Below, one piece after another: positions 38,796 through 48,100 of a stretch of DNA of 64,000 nucleotides (position 1 is the first letter of the stretch; each line of letters starts with the position of its first letter). The stretch is taken from positions 1 through 64,000 of the IMG/VR virus record IMGVR_UViG_3300025732_000020. The stretch is one strand, 5' to 3'. The notes beneath the pieces were generated by a model. The model saw only the letters and a list, made by a program, of their open reading frames with translations, did no database searches and was not told where the DNA came from. This DNA comes from a virus. The translations under genes were made by a program, and so were the position numbers.

Positions 38796-39135
38796 CTCCG
38801 TCTAATCCTAGGAGTTGATTAATTGCTTGGCCAAGCATTTTAAGTTGCTTTGCGCGAAGTCTCTTAGCGTCTTTAAGTGAGAGTCTTTTTTGACCGGATG
38901 AAGGTGCGTGAAGAATACAAATAGTTTGTAGAGTAGCCTCTACTTCTGAAATCTTTTTATCTTCTGAGATATTAGAAATTGAGATGAGATCATCGGCGGA
39001 TGGTTCTTTAAGGCAAAGAAACTTCCCAGGAGCAATCTCTACTGGAATAACTTCCGGTTCTCCAAAGTCAAAAACGTCATTTTCAAACTCAGAGTCCTCT
39101 ACTTGAGAAACTCGTGACATTTTGTTGATTGCCAT
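38785..39135 (-). CDS. Putative tail assembly chaperone
   Basis: LKEPSADDL...LSLKDAKRL pattern and size. Confidence 0.5.
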   Translation of the reverse strand: MAINKMSRVSQVEDSEFENDVFDFGEPEVIPVEIAPGKFLCLKEPSADDLISISNISEDKKISEVEATLQTICILHAPSSGQKRLSLKDAKRLRAKQLKMLGQAINQLLGLDGDGE

Positions 39136-39188
39136 TGCGTTTATATAGTGTCTCTTTCTTTAAACCCCTTTGTTTAAATTTAAGATAG

Positions 39189-39815
39189 ATGGTAGGTATT
39201 TACGTGGCAGTTAATAATAACCCATATCAAGTATGGCAGAAACTCCGCCAAAATTCTGATTATAGGTCCACTGATACTCAAATAACCTCTTTAGTTAGAC
39301 AACAACTATCTCAATCTGAATATTTAAGAAATTCAAATCGTGTAAATCCTGGCCCGAATAGGAATACCAGAGTTAAGATAGCTAGAAATTCTCCACAAAT
39401 TCCTCACGTATTTGTATCTGATGATATGTGGGGATGGCAGAATTGGGTTCATTCTAGAGACGAATTTATATTATTTAATTTAGGTACTAACCTGATAGAA
39501 CGTGTAGATTACATCCCCGGTACTACATATTTAGATTCAAATATAGGTGGAATGTCTTATAATCTCTATTCTCCTCAAAATACGGGTTCAGTTCAAGTTA
39601 ATTCAGATTATCCTTTGATAACTTCAAGTACAACTTATAATTCATATATTGGAAATATCTCAGTAGATGTTAGCAATCTAACTTCTACATCCCAAGATTA
39701 TTTAATGATGTATAACTCTGCCAGTAATAAATTTGAATTTAAGTCTCCTCAGTATATACTGGGTATTTCTGATGGAGACTTTGATACCTCTACTCTCAAT
39801 TTTGGTGGTTATTAA
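39189..39815 (+). CDS. Virion structural protein, hypothetical
   Basis: LMMYNSASNKFEFK...DFG C-terminus; GTTTAAAT motif upstream. Confidence 0.6.
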   Translation: MVGIYVAVNNNPYQVWQKLRQNSDYRSTDTQITSLVRQQLSQSEYLRNSNRVNPGPNRNTRVKIARNSPQIPHVFVSDDMWGWQNWVHSRDEFILFNLGTNLIERVDYIPGTTYLDSNIGGMSYNLYSPQNTGSVQVNSDYPLITSSTTYNSYIGNISVDVSNLTSTSQDYLMMYNSASNKFEFKSPQYILGISDGDFDTSTLNFGGY

Positions 39816-39861
39816 ACCGATCCAACTCAGAGTTTAATATATAGTTAGAGATACTCTTCCC

Positions 39862-41298
39862 ATGGCATTACCACGTTTACAACTTAGAAAGGGAACATCA
39901 GCCCCTTCCGGTAATATAGCATTAATTGCAGAACCGTTTGTAGATACTACAAATAAGAATTTTTATATTGCTGATGGAACTAGTTCTTTCATCCATGTCG
40001 GCGGTGGAACTTATACGTCGAGAGTTGATGAATTTTTAACAGCTTCTATAGCATCTACATCTGTAGGCCGTATAACTCTAAAAGATGCACAGGCAACACA
40101 AAATTCTGTTACTCTTGATGTTCCAGCAACAGTAACTACATCATATAGTTTTACATTACCGCCAAATGCGGGTACTGATGGTTATATTTTAAAAACTGAT
40201 GGATCTGGAAATACCTCTTGGGTTCAACAACAATCTGGATTTGCTAACTGGGTGTTATCTGATGGAACAACTAGTCAAACAGTTAATAGTACAGATACAG
40301 TAACAGTTACTGGTGGTTCTGGTGTTGCTGCTGTTGTATCAGCAACAGATACTCTAACTATCAGTCTCGATATCAATGAACTAACTGCACTTGATGCTGA
40401 GGGCGGTGGAGATCCTTTAGTCGTTGCAGATAGTATTGCAGTTTATGATGCATCAGCAACTGCAAGCAAAAAAGTAACAATTGGTAACTTAGAAACAGTT
40501 ATTTTTGCAGATGTTTCTGGCGATATCACTATTGCTGCTAATGGAACAGCTGCTATTGGATCTGGAGTAATTGTCGATGCTGATATCAGCGCAACTGCAG
40601 AAATTGCTGTTAGTAAATTAGCAGATGGTGCAGCACGTCAACTCCTACAAACAGATGCGGCTGGCACAGGCGTTGAATGGACATCAAGCGTTGATATCCC
40701 AGGAACTCTAGACGTAACAGGAAAAACCACTCTAGACGGGGATCTAGACGTTGCAACTACAGTAACTACTGGCGGCGCAGTTAATATTGCTACCGGTACT
40801 ACATCTACTGGTAATACAAAGACTGTTAACATTGCAACAAACGGAGCTGCTGGATCAACTACTTCGGTTACTATTGGTACCAGTGCAGGAACATCTTCGG
40901 TAACTATCCTTGGCGATTTAACAGTAACTGGAGCAACTACTACTGTAAATACAAATAACACAGTAGTAAAAGATAGTCTAATTGAATTAGCAAATGGCAC
41001 AACCGGAACTCCTACATCCGACGCCGGTCTAATTATCGAAAGAGGAACTCTTTCTAACGTATTTGTTGGATATGATGAGGGTGCTGATGTATTCGTAGTT
41101 GGAACAACTAGTGCAACAGGTTCTTCTTCTGATACAACCCCAACTCCTATTACGTTCTTAGCTGGAGCACTTAACTTAACTGATACTGCCGGTACTAATG
41201 AGTCGGTAATTAGCTATCTTGCCGCTAATACAGTTTATGCTGGACAGGCTGCAGGAAGATATCTACAAAATGTCAATATTGATTTAGGAACATATTGA
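39862..41298 (+). CDS. Tail fibre-like protein
   Basis: T/G/A/S-rich; LQLRKG N-terminus; YILKTDGSGNTSW and GLIIERG motifs. Confidence 0.8.
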   Translation: MALPRLQLRKGTSAPSGNIALIAEPFVDTTNKNFYIADGTSSFIHVGGGTYTSRVDEFLTASIASTSVGRITLKDAQATQNSVTLDVPATVTTSYSFTLPPNAGTDGYILKTDGSGNTSWVQQQSGFANWVLSDGTTSQTVNSTDTVTVTGGSGVAAVVSATDTLTISLDINELTALDAEGGGDPLVVADSIAVYDASATASKKVTIGNLETVIFADVSGDITIAANGTAAIGSGVIVDADISATAEIAVSKLADGAARQLLQTDAAGTGVEWTSSVDIPGTLDVTGKTTLDGDLDVATTVTTGGAVNIATGTTSTGNTKTVNIATNGAAGSTTSVTIGTSAGTSSVTILGDLTVTGATTTVNTNNTVVKDSLIELANGTTGTPTSDAGLIIERGTLSNVFVGYDEGADVFVVGTTSATGSSSDTTPTPITFLAGALNLTDTAGTNESVISYLAANTVYAGQAAGRYLQNVNIDLGTY

Positions 41299-41343
41299 TA
41301 AATACATACTTATTAGTTGAATAAGTAATATCACTAATAAGTA

Positions 41344-41556
41344 ATGAATAACATACAAGTAGATTATCAGATGCTGGTCGAGGTGATGCAGGAGAAACTC
41401 TCCGCTCAACTCGCGCAGATAGTAGCCCTAGAGGCCAGAGTTAGAGCATACGATAAAGCTCTCACAGAGGCGTTAGATAATGCCTCTCAAAATAAACCGA
41501 CCCGAGCGCGAGGAAAATCCGCCGTAGATACGGAACAGGACTTGGGATCGTACTAA
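41344..41556 (+). CDS. Small coiled-coil protein
   Basis: Heptad pattern; lies between fibre genes. Confidence 0.6.
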   Translation: MNNIQVDYQMLVEVMQEKLSAQLAQIVALEARVRAYDKALTEALDNASQNKPTRARGKSAVDTEQDLGSY

Positions 41557-41578
41557 TCACCTATATAGGTAAATAAGC

Positions 41579-42736
41579 ATGGCAGCACCGGTCCTAAAAA
41601 TTCGTCGCTCGAGCGTTCAGGGGAGCGCTCCTACCACCACGCAGTTGTCTCTGGGGGAGCTGGCGATAAACACTTACGATGGCAGGCTGTTTTTTAAGAA
41701 AGACGTAACAGGCACTGAGACTGTTATGGAAACGGTTACGACTACTGATAGTCAGACCTTAACTAACAAGACTCTTACATCTCCAACTTTAACAACTCCT
41801 GCGCTTGGAGTTGCCACTGGTTCCTCATTAAGTTTAAATGGAACTGCAACTGATACACTAAGATTATCTGCAACTCCACCCGGAACGAACAGTAACACTG
41901 GATTTGTTGCAATCGGTCCAACTCTAACATTCAACGACACAAATAAAATTGCAACCTTTGTAAGTGATGCTAATAATTATGTGCAAGTTATTCTTCAAAA
42001 CAAAAACACGGGCGGTGCTGCATCTACAGACTTCATTGTAAATAACGATAGAATTGGTGGTACTAGTATCTACGGAGACTTTGGTATTAACTCGTCTGGA
42101 TATGCAACTCCTGGATTGTTTGGTGATATTGACGGTACATATTTATATGCTGCAGGTGGTACTCTTGCAATAGGTACTTTAGGGTCATTTGATTTTAAAA
42201 TTGGAACAAATAATACTACTGTATTAACTATGACTGCTGCCGGTAATACAACTATTACTGGTAATACGACCTTAACACTTGCTAATGCTCTTACGGCTTC
42301 AACAGGTCTATCACTTGACACCGGAACAACTTATGATGCTTCTGCTGCCAGAACACTTACAGTAAGCACCAACACAAGAACAAGAACAATCAACGTCATT
42401 ATCGATGGTGGTGGTGCTGTTATAACTACTGGCGTAAAGGCTGACGTTGTTGTTGACTTTAACGCAACTATTGTTTCTTATGATATTCTTGGGGATGGTA
42501 CTGGAAACTTAACTGTTGATGTCTCAAAGGCATCTTATGCCAACTTCCCAGGAACTTTTACTGCATCTGGTGGTACATCACCAGCATTATCAGGAGCACA
42601 AAAGAACCAAGCAAATATCAACTGGACGAACTTTACAACTATCACTGCTGGGGATATTTTAAGATTCACTGTCAGTGGCACACCAACAGTAATCACCCGA
42701 GCAACTCTGGCAATTTTAATAACAACCAGTTCATGA
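41579..42736 (+). CDS. Tail fibre-like protein
   Basis: LKIRRSS...GELAINTYDGRLFFK N-terminal fibre motif; T/G-rich. Confidence 0.8.
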   Translation: MAAPVLKIRRSSVQGSAPTTTQLSLGELAINTYDGRLFFKKDVTGTETVMETVTTTDSQTLTNKTLTSPTLTTPALGVATGSSLSLNGTATDTLRLSATPPGTNSNTGFVAIGPTLTFNDTNKIATFVSDANNYVQVILQNKNTGGAASTDFIVNNDRIGGTSIYGDFGINSSGYATPGLFGDIDGTYLYAAGGTLAIGTLGSFDFKIGTNNTTVLTMTAAGNTTITGNTTLTLANALTASTGLSLDTGTTYDASAARTLTVSTNTRTRTINVIIDGGGAVITTGVKADVVVDFNATIVSYDILGDGTGNLTVDVSKASYANFPGTFTASGGTSPALSGAQKNQANINWTNFTTITAGDILRFTVSGTPTVITRATLAILITTSS

Positions 42737-42748
42737 TAGAATGATACT

Positions 42749-43033
42749 ATGGAACAAACATGTGACCCAACTTGTTGGATTGTTGAGAGGTCTGAAGATC
42801 GTGTGGTTTACGAGACTACAGAGGGAGAGAAATGGGAGATTGTTGGCAAGTGTAATCAGTGCGGTGAGTGTGAAGTAGGTTCCGACAATGAATATATAAA
42901 ATGGACCGGTACTCCAGTGGGAGAACCAAATGCCTGCTATGACATTCGTGGAGAGGATAGACCAGATAGTCCTGTTCGCCCAGAATGTAGTCAAAATTGG
43001 CCTAATTGTAGTTTATCTGGTAGATATTTGTAA
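42749..43033 (+). CDS. Cys-rich small protein
   Basis: CNQCGEC plus four further Cys. Confidence 0.65.
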   Translation: MEQTCDPTCWIVERSEDRVVYETTEGEKWEIVGKCNQCGECEVGSDNEYIKWTGTPVGEPNACYDIRGEDRPDSPVRPECSQNWPNCSLSGRYL

Positions 43034-43710
43034 TGGCAACACGTCTATATTTCCATAACGCATCAAACGCTCAAACAGGAACATTTCCAACTGTAGAGCA
43101 ATCTGCGGCTGCTGCGACTCAAACAGCGACTGGGGCTAATACATTAAGAACCATGGATACCAGTCTTGGTACTACAGTGGCTTCTTTAGCAGTTACCACA
43201 GGTGCCAACACCACGGCACAAAACCATTTCATGGGATACTTTTGTTCCCCGCCACTAGATGTAGCTCAGACAGTTGGTGGAGGCACGATGATTCTGAATG
43301 GAGCAGAGACAGAATCGAACCTTGCCGCGAACTGGTGGATTAACTCGCTTAATATATACGTCTGGAGACCAAGCACTGGGACTAAGGTGGGGACTATCCG
43401 CGATGCGGCTGGAACTTCTCTTGGTGGCACAGAACCTACCGCCGCATCTAGTAGACAAGTTACTCACATAACAGGAATTACATCCTCGGCAGTTTCCGCC
43501 GCTGCTGGGGATGTTGTTATCTGTGAAGTCTGGATTAGAGCAACCCAGGGCGCTTCTATGAGTTACACTGGCACGTTCTTTTACAATGGAACTACAGTAA
43601 CGACTACCGAAAACACAGTTGTAACTTCTCATGCATCCTTTATTGAACTTACGGAGAATTTAACCTTTGAAAGTGAAGCAAGAGCAAGAACGTACGTCAT
43701 TATCGTTTGA
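43033..43710 (+). CDS. Tail-associated beta-rich protein
   Basis: T/A-rich; TAATG coupling. Confidence 0.65.
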   Translation: MATRLYFHNASNAQTGTFPTVEQSAAAATQTATGANTLRTMDTSLGTTVASLAVTTGANTTAQNHFMGYFCSPPLDVAQTVGGGTMILNGAETESNLAANWWINSLNIYVWRPSTGTKVGTIRDAAGTSLGGTEPTAASSRQVTHITGITSSAVSAAAGDVVICEVWIRATQGASMSYTGTFFYNGTTVTTTENTVVTSHASFIELTENLTFESEARARTYVIIV

Positions 43711-43758
43711 TGGGTATCTCTATCGCGTATTCGGTTTAAAGTTTAAAAAAATTACACA

Positions 43759-43956
43759 ATGAACCTCTCTAGCTCCGAGATGCAAAGTTTGCGAAGATGG
43801 GCCAACCTCAACGAGCAAATAAGAGCTCAGTCAACTCTGGCTCGTCAGGTTAGAACCCAATCAAGATTGGCTCAAGGACTCACCGAAGGTCCTGCGCTTC
43901 CGCCCCCAGGAGCCTATAGGCAGGGAGGTTGTTCCTCATGCCGGAGAATCAGATGA
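43759..43956 (+). CDS. Hypothetical protein with C-terminal CxxC
   Basis: Tandem GTTTAAA motifs upstream. Confidence 0.55.
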   Translation: MNLSSSEMQSLRRWANLNEQIRAQSTLARQVRTQSRLAQGLTEGPALPPPGAYRQGGCSSCRRIR

Positions 43957-44246
43957 CATTAAGAAAACCAAGAAGACCATCTTCAACCTCTAATAAAATA
44001 GAAAAACAAGTGGAAGAGAATATAGAAAGAGCAATCGAGTTAGAAAAAGCTATAGAAGATATTACTGAAGCATTTGAAAAAACTGAATCTCTTATCGAGG
44101 AAGTTGATAAAGTTATCGAAAAACAAAAAAACACTGAATCTACAAGAGTATTTTTAGGCGATGAAGATCGTAGACTTCTTAAGAAATTCAATAAGTACAT
44201 TGTTAATAAACTTGGGATAGCCGGAAATAGGTCCTTCAAGATCTGA
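43953..44246 (+). CDS. Coiled-coil hypothetical protein
   Basis: ATGA coupling; E/K-rich. Confidence 0.6.
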   Translation: MTLRKPRRPSSTSNKIEKQVEENIERAIELEKAIEDITEAFEKTESLIEEVDKVIEKQKNTESTRVFLGDEDRRLLKKFNKYIVNKLGIAGNRSFKI

Positions 44247-44273
44247 TATAATGGTATCAGAGATAACAATGTT

Positions 44274-44684
44274 ATGAAACCTGAGCTTATTACGGCCTAT
44301 ATGGACATCGCAGAAAGATTCGCTCAGGTTTCTAAGTGTAATAGGCTGAAAGTGGGGGCGATAATTGTAAAAAACGGGAGTATTCTTGCCCATGGATGGA
44401 ACGGTACTCCGAGTGGATATAAGACAAATTGTTGTGAAGACAAAAACGGAGTTACCTCGCCCTTTGTTCTTCATGCAGAGCAGAATGTTTTGGTAAAGAT
44501 GGCCAAGTCTACCGAATCCATTGAGGGAGCAGAATTGTTCTGCACCCACTCTCCTTGTTCTGAATGCTCAAAACTTCTCGCGCAAAGTGGAATTAAAAAA
44601 GTTTACTATAAGTATAAATACAGAATTACTGAAGGAATTGATGTCCTAAACGCGTTAGGAGTTGAGACTGAAGAGGTAAAATGA
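44274..44684 (+). CDS. dCMP/CMP deaminase family protein
   Basis: VGA.IVK...GWNGTP, HAEQN, THSPCSECSK. Confidence 0.93.
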   Translation: MKPELITAYMDIAERFAQVSKCNRLKVGAIIVKNGSILAHGWNGTPSGYKTNCCEDKNGVTSPFVLHAEQNVLVKMAKSTESIEGAELFCTHSPCSECSKLLAQSGIKKVYYKYKYRITEGIDVLNALGVETEEVK

Positions 44685-45043
44685 ATTTTAATACCGAAGA
44701 AGAAAAAGAAGCACTAAAACGATCGCTTCTCAATACCGAAAATTTAAATGAGACTCTCGAGTGCCTAGAACAGATTCTAATCAATCGTACTCCTTTTGCT
44801 CTTTACATAGCTACTGCTGATAGATCAGATTGTATGTGGATTTTTGATCCAGGTACGGTATATGAGATGGTTGGTGGAGAGAAAAAATATAAAGATATTT
44901 ATGAGGAGATGTTTAGTAGCAAAGATGATGAGAGTATTGGGGTGATATTTTTTATATTAAAAAAAGTCGGACCTCTGTACTCGATCCGACTCGATATTGA
45001 AGTTATTGAAGAAGTTATAGAAGAATTATACGAGAATATCTGA
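44681..45043 (+). CDS. Hypothetical acidic protein
   Basis: ATGA coupling. Confidence 0.65.
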   Translation: MNFNTEEEKEALKRSLLNTENLNETLECLEQILINRTPFALYIATADRSDCMWIFDPGTVYEMVGGEKKYKDIYEEMFSSKDDESIGVIFFILKKVGPLYSIRLDIEVIEEVIEELYENI

Positions 45044-46378
45044 TTAGATAGTTGTTTTAGCGTATTGCAAGGTCGATGTTGTGTCGACAATATTAGAAGT
45101 GACTTCTACTAGAGTTGCACTAGATGCAATCGGTGCTACCGACTCAAGAACTAGAGTTCCGTCGATTGCAACAAGATCTTGGGGGTCGTAGAATATATTT
45201 CCGTACTCGATGGGGTAGGTTCCCATCTTTGTTCCGTCCTTGGGAAGTTTGACGATAAAGGAGTTGATTTGTCCGATCCCCGGCGTGTTCTCTTGAGACT
45301 TCATTCCTAAATAGATATAGTCATCGGAGTTTATATCTAATCCAATAGGCTGTTCATATCCGGCTGAATGGCCTATTTGTCTGGCTCTGACAAATGAACC
45401 ATCTTTGTTATATGTGAAAATAGGTAGACCGACTGTATCGGCAATATTATACGTTCTTTTACCATAGAACAAAATTTTATTATCTGACATTCTGATATGA
45501 GATAATTCAGTAACGTCTTGCGTACTATCCTCACTGGTTATTATTTTTTGCCATTCTATTGACATCGGAGATGTCGGATTTATCTTTAAAATTGTGGGTG
45601 CTAGATTTAGCTCTTCAACATCAGAAAGAGATCCTGATAAATATACTTTATTCTCATCATCAACAAAAATCCCTCGCGCTGCTAGATTCCCTATCTTAAC
45701 AGAATCCAATAATTCGCCAGAAGAACTTATTTTATAGAAGATCGTGTGGGTTGTGGGTACACCATTTCCATAACAATGGGCGGTTATGTATAGATTACCA
45801 TCTGGTCCCACTGCGGAATTGCAAATAACTTCATTTGAAAAATCATAAGATTTTTGCCATTCGAGATTCCCTACTTGTGAATATTTTGCAACAAAAAGAT
45901 CATTGCCTCCACCTACAAGATATACATTTCCGCTACTATCAACGCTGAAAGAAGTAGGTAATATACTATCTGTACTTTCAGAAGGTTTTGTTAAGGACTT
46001 AGACCATAGAAGAGACCCAGAATTACTATATTTAACAAGATTTACTCTCGCGGAGATATACGTGTCCGGCTCGTGATCCATTGAGAGGAGGTAAACGTTC
46101 CCAAGGATCGCTTTAACGGATAATTGATCTAATATCCTAGACCCAACTGATGTCTTTCTCTGCCACAAGAGTCCACCGTCCGTAGTAAACCTCATCAAAT
46201 CACCGCCCGTACCATAGAAATATACATTCTCGTCGTTTACAGAGAACGTTCCCACTGAAGCGGAGATTTGTAATATCCAAGGCAGTATTGTTGGCGTAGG
46301 AGTTGGTGTGGGGCCAGGAGTTGGCGTTCCTCCTGCCATGTTATTCACCGCCGCCTGGATTAAAAATTTACCTAACAT
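45044..46378 (-). CDS. Beta-propeller repeat virion protein
   Basis: Repeated VDxxGNVYLxG / KYSxxGxLxWxK; start MLGKFL overlaps the upstream TGA. Confidence 0.75.
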   Translation of the reverse strand: MLGKFLIQAAVNNMAGGTPTPGPTPTPTPTILPWILQISASVGTFSVNDENVYFYGTGGDLMRFTTDGGLLWQRKTSVGSRILDQLSVKAILGNVYLLSMDHEPDTYISARVNLVKYSNSGSLLWSKSLTKPSESTDSILPTSFSVDSSGNVYLVGGGNDLFVAKYSQVGNLEWQKSYDFSNEVICNSAVGPDGNLYITAHCYGNGVPTTHTIFYKISSSGELLDSVKIGNLAARGIFVDDENKVYLSGSLSDVEELNLAPTILKINPTSPMSIEWQKIITSEDSTQDVTELSHIRMSDNKILFYGKRTYNIADTVGLPIFTYNKDGSFVRARQIGHSAGYEQPIGLDINSDDYIYLGMKSQENTPGIGQINSFIVKLPKDGTKMGTYPIEYGNIFYDPQDLVAIDGTLVLESVAPIASSATLVEVTSNIVDTTSTLQYAKTTI

Positions 46379-47292
46379 CACGCGTAACTTCCAATATATG
46401 CTCCGTACGCCCGAGTTCCCACCTTCCAAAAGACCAACGTATCTTTTGCTGTCAATGTTGGTGGAGTATTACCTTGTGCGCTAACCCAGGTCACACTTGG
46501 CCATGAAACAGTCGTGGCGCCCCCTCCTTCTAGCATTAGGACAACTGTTTGACCTTCTTCTAAACTCTCAGAGAATCTAATTTGGCTAGAACCTAGAGTT
46601 TTAGTCTGGATAGAACCATTAGCGGGATTTATATCAGATCCAGACAATGCATATACTTTTTCCTTTACTTCTTTTAAGATAATCTGATTATCCACAGTCA
46701 GTTCTTTGAGTATAGTTTCCCCAGTAACTGTTAGATTACCTGATATGGATAAATCATCACTGCTCTGTTTTGATAAAGATTCCACTCTAGATACTAGAGT
46801 ATCGATCGAAACTGACAATGAATCGATTATATCTGTCAACTCGTTCTGGTTTATTGTTAGAGTTTGAATCTTTTCTCTCTCATTTGAGATATTACCTTGA
46901 AGGTTTTCTTCTAAAGAGTTGATATCATCCTCTAGGAGTTGGAAAGCAGTTTCAAGATTAGAAATAGATACCGATGTTGCTTCAGAAAGTGCCGATTGAG
47001 CAGATGCAATTGCCGTAGTAAAAATTTTTAGATCACGAACTTTAGCATATGTTCTATCACCATACCTAACATTAACTATTCCACTTTCCGTGGTAGGATC
47101 CACTACCTCTGCCAAACTAACTCCTAGTTTGAGTCCACTTTTAACCCCACTGCCATCTTCAACAAAGATGGTGCCTTCTGTAGTAAATCCATCTTGGGAG
47201 AGAACTTCTCCCGTGGTTGAGATTTCTTGTCTGGAGATATTAAGTAATCCTCCAGCGTAATCCTCTATGTAACGAAAACGTAAATCAGCCAT
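46378..47292 (-). CDS. Virion structural/fibre-like protein
   Basis: Coiled-coil middle; VSWPSVTW...PPTL C-terminal domain. Confidence 0.65.
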   Translation of the reverse strand: MADLRFRYIEDYAGGLLNISRQEISTTGEVLSQDGFTTEGTIFVEDGSGVKSGLKLGVSLAEVVDPTTESGIVNVRYGDRTYAKVRDLKIFTTAIASAQSALSEATSVSISNLETAFQLLEDDINSLEENLQGNISNEREKIQTLTINQNELTDIIDSLSVSIDTLVSRVESLSKQSSDDLSISGNLTVTGETILKELTVDNQIILKEVKEKVYALSGSDINPANGSIQTKTLGSSQIRFSESLEEGQTVVLMLEGGGATTVSWPSVTWVSAQGNTPPTLTAKDTLVFWKVGTRAYGAYIGSYA

Positions 47293-48100
47293 AGTATTCT
47301 TTAATCAGAGATTCTTCAAGATTAGTTGTAAAAAATGCGTACATTTGTGGCGGGATAATTGAAACTGGAGGGGGATTGTCCCACAAAACTAGCCAATTAT
47401 TACAGAGTAACATTCTAATTTTTGAGGATATCTTTCTGTTACTCCAGTCTATGGTATTACCTCTCAAATCGAGTACCGTCTCATACGTTTTTCTGAACAT
47501 GGAAAAAGTAGAGTTTGATGTAGAAGTTTTAACAGGATGAAAATCCCTTAATAGTTTCTCTTGGATAACCGAAGACATATTACAATTTCTAGCAATTAAC
47601 GCCTTTATTGAGCAATTATTGCCAAGATTTATTACATCTAAAAAGTTACAATTAGATATATTTAAAACTTCCAAATTGGGGGCATCGTGAATAAATATAG
47701 CCCTCATACTTCTATTACCCTCAAGATTTAAGTACTTTAAATTTTCTCTAGTAAGATTGAAGTTTGCATGTACTAACTTATTTTTTTGTAAATTAATTCT
47801 CTCTATTCTAGGATCAATTAAAGTATTTGTTTTAGCGTCGATCCAATGATCTTCCCAAGATAATATCCCTTGATTTGTCAATTTTAACTCATAGGGATCA
47901 TTTATATACTTATCCTCTATATTTAACTCGAGTAGATATGAGTCTACCATTTGTTTATATAGAAAAGCCGAGTTGTTAATAAATGAGTTTTTTGGATCAG
48001 GAAGATCAATATAATTAAAATTTCCTAGAGATTTCAGTCCAAACGATAGTTGCCTCTCGTCTTTTGACGTAACCTTAAAAAATGAATGTAGTTTTTTCAT
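47285..48100 (-). CDS. Leucine-rich-repeat protein
   Basis: LKYLNLEGN, LEVLNISNC, INLGNN, LIARNC, LDLRGN repeats; start by ATGA coupling. Confidence 0.7.
   Translation of the reverse strand: MKKLHSFFKVTSKDERQLSFGLKSLGNFNYIDLPDPKNSFINNSAFLYKQMVDSYLLELNIEDKYINDPYELKLTNQGILSWEDHWIDAKTNTLIDPRIERINLQKNKLVHANFNLTRENLKYLNLEGNRSMRAIFIHDAPNLEVLNISNCNFLDVINLGNNCSIKALIARNCNMSSVIQEKLLRDFHPVKTSTSNSTFSMFRKTYETVLDLRGNTIDWSNRKISSKIRMLLCNNWLVLWDNPPPVSIIPPQMYAFFTTNLEESLIKEYYG

Noticed and set aside
38785-38800. Programmed -1 frameshift joining the tail chaperone ORFs
   Set aside because: No XXXYYYZ slippery heptamer is seen at the overlap, and the downstream ORF has its own ATG
38058-39153. 11-bp inverted repeat AGACACTATAT/ATATAGTGTCT flanking three ORFs (invertible segment)
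   Set aside because: Short, AT-rich and single, with no recombinase seen; plausibly chance
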